Assembly (NCBI GenBank): GCA_021299095.1
Contig: JAJTFW010000004.1
Span: 4,737-68,736, forward strand
Direction: 5' to 3'
Length of the DNA: 64,000 bases
Source: Sphingobacteriales bacterium
Lineage (GTDB): Bacteria > Bacteroidota > Bacteroidia > AKYH767-A > OLB10
Below, one piece after another: positions 38,778 through 47,878 of the stretch. The position numbers and the translations under genes are program-made. The notes beneath the pieces are model-generated. The model was given only the letters and a program-made list of their open reading frames with translations. It was not told the origin of the DNA and did not search any database. Every line of letters starts with the position of its first letter. The first letter of the stretch is position 1.

Positions 38778-40151
38778 ATGCAGATTCCCGCACAAACATC
38801 CAAAGGGCAGTCTTTCAAGTCAGTTTCGGTGTTGACCGACACGCGGCATGCACGGCGTTTTGCCCGTGTCTGTTTCGGTGTGATGGTGATTTTGGTGCTC
38901 ATTCTATTTGTGCCCTGGACTCAGAATATCCGGTCGTACGGAAGCATGACCACGTGGCTTCCTCAAGACAGGCCTCAAACGGTTCAGTCGGTCATTGCCG
39001 GCCGTATCGACCGTTGGTTTGTGCGTGAGGGACAGCACGTCATGAAGGGTGACACAATTGTGAAAATTACCGAGATACAGGAAAAATATTTCGACCCACG
39101 TCTCCTCGAGCGTCTTGCAGATCAGATTCGTGCCAAGGAGGGAACCCAGACCAGTACCACCGATAAACTCGAAGCATTGGCTCGTCAGGTGAGTGCCTTG
39201 CAGCGCGAAAAACTGCTCGCAATCGATAAGGCCCGAAATAGCTACGAACAGGCTCGCCTAAGGGTCAGTAGCGACAGCGCGGAAGTCATTGCTATCCGCA
39301 GCGACCTCGAAATTGCACAGTTGCAGAATAAACGTGCCGATTCTCTTTTCAAGAAAGGACTCATTGCATTAAATGAACTCGAGCGACGCAATCTGAAGCA
39401 ACAGGAAAGCAATGCACGCGTGGTTAGTGTCGAAAACCGATTTCTCGCCTCGAAGAATGAACTCATCAAGGCGGGTATCGAGTTGAATTCCTTAGAAGCG
39501 GAATACACCACCAAAATCAGCAAAGCCGAATCTGAACTCCAGAGTGCCTTGTCATATCTGTATGAGACCCAAGGAGAAATATCTAAACTGAATATCGAGT
39601 TTGCTAACCTCTCCATTCGAAGTGGTTTGTATTATGTTACGGCTCCTCAGGATGGATATGTCGTTCAATCCAGAGTGAGTGGAGTAGGAGAGGCGATTAA
39701 AATCGGAGATCCGATTTGTACCATTATGCCATCGAATGCAGCGCTAGCTGTTCAGTTGTATGTAAAGCCAATGGACATTCCACTGCTTGCGAAAGGCCGG
39801 AAAGTCAGGATTCAGTTCGATGGATGGCCTGCGTTGGTTTTTTCGGGTTGGCCAGGGTACACATTCGGTACTTTTGGTGGTCAGGTTGCTGTTATTGATA
39901 ACATCGATACGGAAGGTCATTACAGAATTTTGGTAGTCCCGGATCCCGGCGATGACCCCTGGCCGAAACAGCTTCGAGTTGGTTCAGGTGCCTATGGGTG
40001 GATCATGCTCAATGACGTTCCGGTTTGGTATGAGCTATGGCGTCAATTCAACGGATTCCCACCGGACTACATGGGTGCTATAGATCCACGTGCCGGCCAT
40101 GTCCATGAAAAGGCTTCAGAAGACAGCGAATCACAATTGAAGTCCAAATGA
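38778..40151 (+). CDS. HlyD family membrane fusion protein
   Basis: It has a single N-terminal TM, a lipoyl-like motif (GQHVMKGDTIVKI), a long coiled-coil and a beta-barrel C-terminus. It starts 3 nt after the ABC gene stop. Confidence 0.85.
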   Translation: MQIPAQTSKGQSFKSVSVLTDTRHARRFARVCFGVMVILVLILFVPWTQNIRSYGSMTTWLPQDRPQTVQSVIAGRIDRWFVREGQHVMKGDTIVKITEIQEKYFDPRLLERLADQIRAKEGTQTSTTDKLEALARQVSALQREKLLAIDKARNSYEQARLRVSSDSAEVIAIRSDLEIAQLQNKRADSLFKKGLIALNELERRNLKQQESNARVVSVENRFLASKNELIKAGIELNSLEAEYTTKISKAESELQSALSYLYETQGEISKLNIEFANLSIRSGLYYVTAPQDGYVVQSRVSGVGEAIKIGDPICTIMPSNAALAVQLYVKPMDIPLLAKGRKVRIQFDGWPALVFSGWPGYTFGTFGGQVAVIDNIDTEGHYRILVVPDPGDDPWPKQLRVGSGAYGWIMLNDVPVWYELWRQFNGFPPDYMGAIDPRAGHVHEKASEDSESQLKSK

Positions 40152-41578
40152 TACTGCGTTCAATCAGTCTTTTTGTAACGCTGGCTACCATTACATTCGG
40201 ATGTCTAGCCGATAGCCTTTCGGTTATGCCGTTTTCGGAGTATCAGGCTCTTGTCATTCAGAACCATCCCCTTGCGCGGCAGGCTCAAACGTTGAATGAA
40301 GAGGCTCGAAAAGGGTTGACCCTCGCCCGCGGTGCTTTTGATCCACGAGTCGAAGCCGCCTATGACCAGAAGCAGTTTAACTCCAAAGAGTACTGGCAGA
40401 TTTGGAGTGGCCGACTTGTGGTACCTACTTTGCCTGGTGTGGATTTACGCGCCGGCTACGATCAAAGTTCCGGTGTATATCTGGACAACTCTGATTTCAA
40501 TCCGCGTGGTGGACTTTCCTCATTGGGCATTAGCATTCCACTAGGTCAGGGATTACTGATCGACCAACGAAGAACTGCATTACAGCAGGCACGCCTTGCG
40601 GTCAATATGGCTGATGCGGATAAGGTGCGTCAAATCAACCGGCTATTACTTCAAACAGCTGGTGATTTCTGGAACTGGAGTTTCTCACATTACCGTGTGA
40701 TATTCCATGAGGAGGCGCTCAGGCTCGCTGAAATACGCTTTTCGGCTATTCGTGACCGCGTCTTGCTTGGGGATCTTCCAGCCATCGATTCATTGGAGGC
40801 TTTTATCGAGGCTCAAAACAGAAAATCAATTCTTTTGCAATCTGTGCTCGAACGGGATAATGCACGGCTTCAAGCTTCAAATCACTTGTGGTCCGTTGAT
40901 CTGGTTCCTGTACTCATACCCGACCGTATCATTCCTGAAGATCCTTCTTCGGTCCGAGTGGCCATTCCGGATTCAATGGCGCTTATCTCGATGCTGGCTC
41001 TCGCCGATTCAACGCATCCTGAGTTGATTCGTGCCGAAGCCCGAATCGGTCAGCTGGAAGCCGACCGTCGTTGGGCTGCTGAACGTCTGAAGCCGAGGTT
41101 ATCTGTAAATTATAACTTGTTGAATAGCGGGGGGCTTCCTTGGCAACAGCAGGATTATTCATGGACACTTGACGATAATTTCAAGTGGGGTTTCGGATTT
41201 AGCATGCCCCTGTTTCTTCGGGAAGAACGGGGGCGTTTAGGCGTTGCTACTTTGAAGGTACGGCAGGCAGAGCTTGAGTTGTTGCAATCGCGGCGGGAGG
41301 TCCAAGCCAGGGTTCAGGCTTCACGAAACGAACTGGAGGCGCTGGCTGGTCAAATCAACATTCAGCAGCAACAGGTGCTGGATTCCGAGCGCATGCTCAA
41401 CGGGGAGCAATTTCGTTTTAATAGTGGCGAGGGTTCGGTTTTTTTAATGAATACCCGCGAAAACGCCTTGGTAACTGCGCGTATCCGGCTTGCCGAATTG
41501 CAATCGAGGTTTACCATAGCGGAAGTCCGCTTGTATTGGACGGTTGGCAATCTGATTGGACAGCCGGTGAATGATTGA
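40148..41578 (+). CDS. TolC family outer membrane efflux protein
   Basis: It has a signal peptide and two repeats of the OEP helical/beta pattern. The start overlaps the HlyD stop (ATGA). Confidence 0.85.
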   Translation: MILRSISLFVTLATITFGCLADSLSVMPFSEYQALVIQNHPLARQAQTLNEEARKGLTLARGAFDPRVEAAYDQKQFNSKEYWQIWSGRLVVPTLPGVDLRAGYDQSSGVYLDNSDFNPRGGLSSLGISIPLGQGLLIDQRRTALQQARLAVNMADADKVRQINRLLLQTAGDFWNWSFSHYRVIFHEEALRLAEIRFSAIRDRVLLGDLPAIDSLEAFIEAQNRKSILLQSVLERDNARLQASNHLWSVDLVPVLIPDRIIPEDPSSVRVAIPDSMALISMLALADSTHPELIRAEARIGQLEADRRWAAERLKPRLSVNYNLLNSGGLPWQQQDYSWTLDDNFKWGFGFSMPLFLREERGRLGVATLKVRQAELELLQSRREVQARVQASRNELEALAGQINIQQQQVLDSERMLNGEQFRFNSGEGSVFLMNTRENALVTARIRLAELQSRFTIAEVRLYWTVGNLIGQPVND

Positions 41579-41660
41579 CCACTGCCAAGGTAAAATCGTT
41601 TGCAAAAGATTGTAAACGCCAGGACACGGAAGTCGCCCAATCCCACGCGTTTTGATTCCA

Positions 41661-41668
41661 TACCTTTG
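41661..41668 (+). promoter_or_regulatory. Bacteroidota -7 box (TAnnTTTG), leaderless geometry
   Basis: In TACCTTTGccacATG the ATG begins 5 nt after the box. The identical 15-mer occurs at 57283..57297. Confidence 0.45.
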
Positions 41669-41672
41669 CCAC

Positions 41673-42584
41673 ATGGGCACGATGGAATTTTGGATTGGCT
41701 TTAACGCCTTTGTGATTGCCCTCTTACTGTTCGACCTTGGCGTTATTAATCGCAAGCCCAAGGCGGTTAGCTTTAAAGAGTCCATCGGTTGGGTAGCTTT
41801 TTGGTCCTCCCTGGCCTTTTCATTTTCAGCACTCGTTTACCATTGGGCGGGTGCAGAAAAAGCGTTTGAATTCATTGCAGGTTATGTCATTGAATGGTCG
41901 TTGAGCGTTGACAATCTCTTTGTGTTTCTGGTCATATTTTCATTTTTCGAAGTCCCCCGGCAGCACCAGCACAAAGTATTGTTTTATGGAATCCTTGGTG
42001 CTCTCGTGCTAAGGGGTGTGTTTATTTATGCCGGCGTCAGCCTGTTTGCTGCGGTTGATTGGATCAGTTATCTGTTCGGTGCCATCTTGTTGTTCACCGG
42101 TTATAAGATGCTGACGCAAAAGGACGAGGCGCATGATCTTGAGAAAAATCTCATTGTTCGCTGGACACGTAAATTCTTACCCATCACGTCTGAATACCAC
42201 GGCGGGCATTTTATTATTAAAAAAGAGGGTCGTCGATTTTTTACGCCACTATTCATCGTGCTTATTACCGTTGAATTTACCGACCTGGTTTTTGCTGTTG
42301 ATTCGATACCGGCTGTGCTTTCAATCAGCGATGATCCCTTCATAGTTTATACCAGTAACGTATTCGCCATCCTGGGTCTCCGGGCACTATTTTTCGCCTT
42401 GAGTGGGATGATGGAAGTATTTCGTTATTTGAAGTATGGCCTAGCTGTTATACTTTCTTTTGTAGGAATTAAAATGGTGCTATCCAACCACCTCCATATT
42501 CCGGTTGAGTGGGCACTGTTTGTCATCGTTTTTGTGCTAGCCCTCAGCATGCTGTTTTCGCTTGTCAAAAGGCGTGAGTCTTGA
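41673..42584 (+). CDS. TerC/Alx family integral membrane protein
   Basis: It has the SLSVDNLFVF and AVDSIPAVLSI motifs typical of TerC. ATG 41673 follows the -7 box. Confidence 0.85.
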   Translation: MGTMEFWIGFNAFVIALLLFDLGVINRKPKAVSFKESIGWVAFWSSLAFSFSALVYHWAGAEKAFEFIAGYVIEWSLSVDNLFVFLVIFSFFEVPRQHQHKVLFYGILGALVLRGVFIYAGVSLFAAVDWISYLFGAILLFTGYKMLTQKDEAHDLEKNLIVRWTRKFLPITSEYHGGHFIIKKEGRRFFTPLFIVLITVEFTDLVFAVDSIPAVLSISDDPFIVYTSNVFAILGLRALFFALSGMMEVFRYLKYGLAVILSFVGIKMVLSNHLHIPVEWALFVIVFVLALSMLFSLVKRRES

Positions 42585-42648
42585 TTGAACTAGTTACTGA
42601 CTTCTGTCAGTTCAGCCCTCCTAAACATCGTTTATTTTTAATGGCGGA

Positions 42649-45258
42649 ATGTCCACATCGCCTAAGGCTCAAACACTACCACTTGCACACGTATGGCATA
42701 CCCGCACAAGTGATCAGGTAATAGCGGACTTGTCCAGTAACAGACTTGGACTTAGCGAAGCTGATTCCAGGTCAAGACGTGAACTCTATGGGCCAAACGA
42801 GTTTTCCACTGCTTTGCGATTCACCGTATGGAAGATTTTTTTTCGGCAATTCACAGATTTCATGGTGTTGGTCCTGTTGGCAGCGGTTGGTATTTCTATT
42901 TGGGCAGGAGCGGTGGAAGATGCGATTGCAATTGCAGCTGTGGTTATACTCAATGCATGCATCGGTTTTTTTCAGGAGTATAAGGCGGACAAAGCCTTAA
43001 AGGCGCTCAAGAAAATGTCGGCTCCACGATGTACCGTTCTGCGATCGGGTACACCTTCGGGTCTGCTCTCCTCTGAACTGGTGCCCGGTGATGTGGTCTT
43101 ACTGGAAGCCGGAGACAGGGTGCCTGCAGATTTGAGGTTGCTGGAAGTTCAAGGGATGCGAGCCGATGAATCTGCATTGACCGGTGAGTCGGTGTCGGTG
43201 GAAAAGCAAACGGCCATTATTCAGGCTCAATCCGCGCTGTTAGGTGAACGAACTAACATGGCATTTATGGATACCTTGATCGTTTCTGGTCACGGTACGG
43301 GTGTCGTTGTTTCAACCGGAATGCAGACTGAGTTGGGCAAGATTGCTAGTTTGCTGAAAGGTAAGCTTGGGCTCACCCCATTGCAAAAGCGATTACAGCA
43401 ATTCGGGAGACAGGTTACACTGCTTATACTCATCATTTGCATTTTGATTTTCGTCAATGGCTGGCTTAATGGTCATGCATTGATGGATGTGTTGTTGCTC
43501 AGCATCAGCTTGGGCGTTGCAGCGATTCCTGAGGCGCTCCCCGCATTAATTACGCTTGCTCTATCGCTCGGTGCAGCACGACTGGTGATGCGAAAGGTTC
43601 TTGTCAGGCAATTATCCGCCGTTGAGACCCTGGGATCGGTTACCTGTATATGTGCGGATAAAACCGGTACACTGACCACGAATAAAATGAAAGTCCGAAG
43701 AGCCGTAGCCAGCCCTGCTGCGTTCACGGACCTGCGTGATGTTATCGAAATTACGCTCGCAGAAGCCATGGCGCTCAACCTCGATGTCAAGCGCCTGAGT
43801 GACGGAACTCTGAGCGGAGATCCGATGGAGGTTGCTCTGTATGAATCTGCATTGGACCAACTGGGGCAAGAGGGGTTTCAAACATGTGTAAGAAATGCGC
43901 CGCGCCAATCGGAAATCCCATTTGATCCGGCAAGTAGGTGTATGACTACGGTTCACCGCATACAGGAGGTTCAGGTCTCCATCGTGAAAGGTGCGCCAGA
44001 GGCCATTGCTCCAATGCTAACGAATCCGGATGAGTCGACGTGGTTAATAGAAACATCCAATGGTATGTCCGCTGAGGGCTTGCGTGTTTTAGCTTATGCG
44101 TTAAGCGTAAAAGAGAATACAACGGGACAAATAATTCCTGGAAAAGTTATCGGTATCTGCGGGCTTCAAGATCCGCCACGTCCTGGTGTACGAGAAGCTG
44201 TCCAATTGTGTAGGCAGGCCGGTATACGTCCGGTCATGATTACGGGTGATCACCCACTCACTGCTTCTGCTATTGCCAGGGAAATCGGTATCATGGACAA
44301 TGATGGCGTATTGGTTGAGGGTAAGGAGTTGGTGGAGCTCGGCGTTACTGAAATACAGCGAAAGCTGAAATCGGTGAGCGTTTTTGCCCGCGTTGACCCG
44401 GTTCAAAAACTACAGATTGTGAATCTGCTGAAGGATTCAGGTGAAACGGTTGCAATGACTGGTGATGGTGTGAACGACGCGCCCGCACTGAGAAATGCTG
44501 ATATTGGTATTGCCATGGGAAAAGGCGGTACTGATGTGAGTCGTCAAGCTGCACACTTGGTTGTTTTGGATGATGACTTCACAACAATTGTATCGGCTGT
44601 TCATGAAGGTCGTCGAATCGTTGATAATATACGCAAGTTTGTCCGGTATACCTTCACCTGCAATAGCGCCGAAATACTCATCATCACATGTGCTCCCCTG
44701 TTGGGTTTGCCGATACCCTTATTGCCTGTCCAGATTTTGTACATCAACCTGGTTACTGATGGCCTACCGGGCATCGCACTCGCTGGCGAAGACCATGAGC
44801 ATGATTCCATGCACCGCCCTCCAAGAAAAAAAGATGAGAGCATTTTCGCTGGCGGAGTAGGATTGCACATTCTATGGGTTGGAATAACCATGGCCGCTCT
44901 GGTATTTTTGTTGGAGGCTCATTGCCTGAATATGAATTCCAGTCACATGTCAACAATTGTCTTCACAGCATTGTGCTTTCTGCAGTTCGCGCATGTCATT
45001 GCCGTGAAAAACGAACGACGCAACCTCTATCAGGCAGGGCTTGGTAGAAACAAGTCGCTCTTCTTGATCGTGTTTTTTAGTTCTATCATACAACTATTGG
45101 TCTTGTATTCGGAATGGACGCGGAATTTATTGCACTTGCACAAGTTGACCTTCGCCGAACTTGGCCTGTCCGTCCTACCGGCTGTTCTCCTTTTTCATGC
45201 AGTTGAAGTTGAAAAAGTGGTTCGAAGAAGATTTTCCAAGCGTACTGAATCCGTTTGA
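42649..45258 (+). CDS. cation-transporting P-type ATPase (P2, Ca2+/Mn2+-type)
   Basis: It has TGES, the DKTGTLT phosphorylation site, the IPEALP TM4 motif and the MTGDGVNDAPAL hinge. An N-terminal Cation_ATPase_N-like segment is present. Confidence 0.9.
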   Translation: MSTSPKAQTLPLAHVWHTRTSDQVIADLSSNRLGLSEADSRSRRELYGPNEFSTALRFTVWKIFFRQFTDFMVLVLLAAVGISIWAGAVEDAIAIAAVVILNACIGFFQEYKADKALKALKKMSAPRCTVLRSGTPSGLLSSELVPGDVVLLEAGDRVPADLRLLEVQGMRADESALTGESVSVEKQTAIIQAQSALLGERTNMAFMDTLIVSGHGTGVVVSTGMQTELGKIASLLKGKLGLTPLQKRLQQFGRQVTLLILIICILIFVNGWLNGHALMDVLLLSISLGVAAIPEALPALITLALSLGAARLVMRKVLVRQLSAVETLGSVTCICADKTGTLTTNKMKVRRAVASPAAFTDLRDVIEITLAEAMALNLDVKRLSDGTLSGDPMEVALYESALDQLGQEGFQTCVRNAPRQSEIPFDPASRCMTTVHRIQEVQVSIVKGAPEAIAPMLTNPDESTWLIETSNGMSAEGLRVLAYALSVKENTTGQIIPGKVIGICGLQDPPRPGVREAVQLCRQAGIRPVMITGDHPLTASAIAREIGIMDNDGVLVEGKELVELGVTEIQRKLKSVSVFARVDPVQKLQIVNLLKDSGETVAMTGDGVNDAPALRNADIGIAMGKGGTDVSRQAAHLVVLDDDFTTIVSAVHEGRRIVDNIRKFVRYTFTCNSAEILIITCAPLLGLPIPLLPVQILYINLVTDGLPGIALAGEDHEHDSMHRPPRKKDESIFAGGVGLHILWVGITMAALVFLLEAHCLNMNSSHMSTIVFTALCFLQFAHVIAVKNERRNLYQAGLGRNKSLFLIVFFSSIIQLLVLYSEWTRNLLHLHKLTFAELGLSVLPAVLLFHAVEVEKVVRRRFSKRTESV

Positions 45259-45310
45259 TCTGCATTGATGCTACCGTACTTGCTTTTTCATTCCTCATCT
45301 TTGCCCTGTC

Positions 45311-46099
45311 ATGTCAATTCGTTCAACGACTGCCTTGGTGATTCGATACCTGGTGTATTGGATGCGTTCACGTAACAGGCATGGCATTCAAGCACCATTT
45401 CTCTATGCACTCAACGACTCGGTTTGGCGAAAAGACCATGTTGAGTCAATCCATAGGCCGATTGAGGCATACCGCAAGGAAATGCTTCGTTCGAATGCCA
45501 CTATCCACATTCGTGATTTTGGTGCTGGATTTTCCGGGAAGCGTCATCAGGAGAGAACAGTTGCCTACATCACACGAAACTCTTCAAAACCGCCTCGGTA
45601 TGCCCGCATGCTATACCGCTTGGTAAAGGCCTTGCATGCTCAAACTGTACTTGAGCTTGGGACATCCGTCGGAGTCAGTTCACTTTATATGGCTGCGGCA
45701 GGAGCCCGTGTTGTGACGGTAGAGGGTTGTCCCGAAACTGCTGTTGTAGCACGAGCAGGTTTCGACCGCTTCCCCGAACTTAAAATCGAACCGCTCAATT
45801 CAGAGTTCGACCAGGCAATTAATGCACTTCTCAATACATCTGAGCAATTCGATTTGTTGTTTGTTGATGGGCACCATCAGCTTGAACCCACACTGAATTA
45901 CATCAATCGCTGTATGCCCATATTATCTCCCAGGGCAGTTGTTGTCGTTGACGATATCAATTGGTCGGATGACATGCGTGAGGCATGGTTCGTCTTATGC
46001 AAGGATCCGCGGTTTACCTTGACCGTGGATGTGTTCATGCTTGGAATCCTCTTTCGCGATGTCGACTTGTGTAAGGAAAATCTTGAAATCAGATACTGA
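45311..46099 (+). CDS. class I SAM-dependent methyltransferase
   Basis: It has motif I (VLELGTSVGVSS) and an acidic loop (VVTVEG), plus FVDGHH and VVVVDDI. The layout resembles the O-methyltransferase family 3 fold. Confidence 0.65.
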   Translation: MSIRSTTALVIRYLVYWMRSRNRHGIQAPFLYALNDSVWRKDHVESIHRPIEAYRKEMLRSNATIHIRDFGAGFSGKRHQERTVAYITRNSSKPPRYARMLYRLVKALHAQTVLELGTSVGVSSLYMAAAGARVVTVEGCPETAVVARAGFDRFPELKIEPLNSEFDQAINALLNTSEQFDLLFVDGHHQLEPTLNYINRCMPILSPRAVVVVDDINWSDDMREAWFVLCKDPRFTLTVDVFMLGILFRDVDLCKENLEIRY

Positions 46100-46487
46100 G
46101 GCCTGTTTTTAGCCGGGGTGGGTTTAAGACCGAAAATGATTTAGAATTTTAGCTGCCTACAACTGTATAAAACGCAGACAGGTTTAAGGAAGTTCTGACG
46201 GATTTTTTTGGGGTGAAGCCTGGGGTAATTAATGGATGAGGGGAATGCGGCTATTTTTGTAAGTAACTGAATATAAACGTTTATTATACGAATACATAGT
46301 TTCAAACCGGTATTTTTGTGCTGGGGCGGAGGAGTGGCGGCCCCCTGCCAAATTTCAGGTGGGGTTCATTTTACTTGTGGCGTAAGTCTTGAAAGAAATT
46401 CGAGAGTTTGGGTGTGTTTTGCTCTTGACTTCAACCCTGCGTAACTAGCCATTTTGCTCTACGCGAAGTTTGTCCATCCGTTCGGTT

Positions 46488-46495
46488 TACATTTG
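46488..46495 (+). promoter_or_regulatory. Bacteroidota -7 box (TAnnTTTG)
   Basis: TACATTTG ends 13 nt before ATG 46509. A TTTG lies 15 nt upstream of the box. Confidence 0.4.
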
Positions 46496-46508
46496 TCCAT
46501 AATTCAAT

Positions 46509-47222
46509 ATGCAACCCGTTATCCGTGTCGAGAATATTTCCAGGGTCTACAAAGTAGGCTCTGAAACGATTCATGCCTTGCGCTCTATTACACTCGACAT
46601 CAATAAAAACGAATATGTAGCGCTCATGGGATCTTCCGGATCCGGAAAATCCACCCTCATGAACGTATTGGGTTGTTTGGATACACCATCGGATGGAAGG
46701 TACCTTCTCAATGGTACCGATGTTTCAGGCATGAGCGACAATCAGCTGGCTGAAATCCGAAATAGCCAGATTGGTTTTGTATTCCAAACCTTCAATCTTT
46801 TACCCCGTTCCACCGCGCTCGAGAATGTCGCTCTTCCGCTCATTTATGCCGGACTACCTAAAGCGCAGCGGATTGAACGCGCGATGAAGGCCCTGCAGGA
46901 TGTGGGACTGTCCGACCGGGTAACGCATCGCCCCAACGAGTTGTCCGGAGGGCAGCGCCAGCGTGTAGCCATTGCACGTGCTTTAGTTACCCAGCCAGCT
47001 ATTATTCTGGCGGATGAGCCTACCGGAAACCTCGATTCCAAAACATCCTACGAGATTATGGGATTGTTGGAGGAGATTCACAAGAAAGGGAACACTGTCG
47101 TGTTGGTTACCCACGAAGAGGACATCGCACGACATGCGCACCGTATCGTGCGGTTGAAAGATGGACTGGTGGAATCCGATGGCCCAAACATTCATACGCT
47201 AGCAGCGGGGACCTTGTCATGA
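46509..47222 (+). CDS. ABC transporter ATP-binding protein, MacB/LolD/FtsE-like
   Basis: It is fully canonical: [10 protein letters not shown]-loop, [19 protein letters not shown] and VTHE. No permease gene is adjacent. Confidence 0.9.
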   Translation: MQPVIRVENISRVYKVGSETIHALRSITLDINKNEYVALMGSSGSGKSTLMNVLGCLDTPSDGRYLLNGTDVSGMSDNQLAEIRNSQIGFVFQTFNLLPRSTALENVALPLIYAGLPKAQRIERAMKALQDVGLSDRVTHRPNELSGGQRQRVAIARALVTQPAIILADEPTGNLDSKTSYEIMGLLEEIHKKGNTVVLVTHEEDIARHAHRIVRLKDGLVESDGPNIHTLAAGTLS

Positions 47223-47767
47223 AGATTTACACGAAGACCGGCGATTCCGGTGAAACATCCCTAATTGGAGGTACTCGGGTTCCCAAGCACCACCTGAGGA
47301 TTGAAACGTACGGAACCGTTGATGAGCTCAATTCCTGGATTGGACTTTTGAGAGATCAGGACGTAGATGATCATTCCATTACGACACTTCTTGAGGTTCA
47401 GGACAGGCTGTTTACCATCGGGTCAAGGCTTGCTTCTGATCCGGATACTTCACGGATGAAATTGCCAGAATTGTGTGAGGACGACATCCTCCACTTGGAA
47501 TCCGAAATGGACCGAATGGAGACCGAATTGCCTGAGCTCAAGTCTTTTGTGCTTCCTGGAGGTCACACGATCGTATCGTATTGTCATGTGGCGCGTTGCG
47601 TATGCCGCCGGGCCGAGCGTCTCGTTTCCCAACTGAAAGAAGTCAGCCCGGTCGAAGACCGTATTCTCCGCTATTTGAACCGCCTGTCGGACTATCTGTT
47701 CATGTTGTCCCGGCATTTTGCTCAAACGCTAAATGCTCCCGAAACGCCTTGGACTCCCCGAATGTGA
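47219..47767 (+). CDS. pduO: ATP:cob(I)alamin adenosyltransferase, PduO type
   Basis: It has the N-terminal [15 protein letters not shown] motif and a helical bundle remainder. The start overlaps the upstream stop (ATGA). Confidence 0.85.
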   Translation: MKIYTKTGDSGETSLIGGTRVPKHHLRIETYGTVDELNSWIGLLRDQDVDDHSITTLLEVQDRLFTIGSRLASDPDTSRMKLPELCEDDILHLESEMDRMETELPELKSFVLPGGHTIVSYCHVARCVCRRAERLVSQLKEVSPVEDRILRYLNRLSDYLFMLSRHFAQTLNAPETPWTPRM

Positions 47768-47878
47768 AAAAAAGCCTGTCTAAAGGCTTGGATATTTCGC
47801 TTGCTATTTTGTTATTTTTGCGACCCCTCGACGGAACCGGTACATTACGGGTAGAAGAGGGTTAAAACGCTGAAAATC

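Noticed and set aside
41579-41672. Possible yybP-ykoY (Mn2+) riboswitch upstream of the TerC-family gene.
   Set aside because: The gap is only about 94 nt. It shows none of the conserved riboswitch core I remember, and a promoter box abuts the ATG. A covariance-model scan would be needed for certainty.
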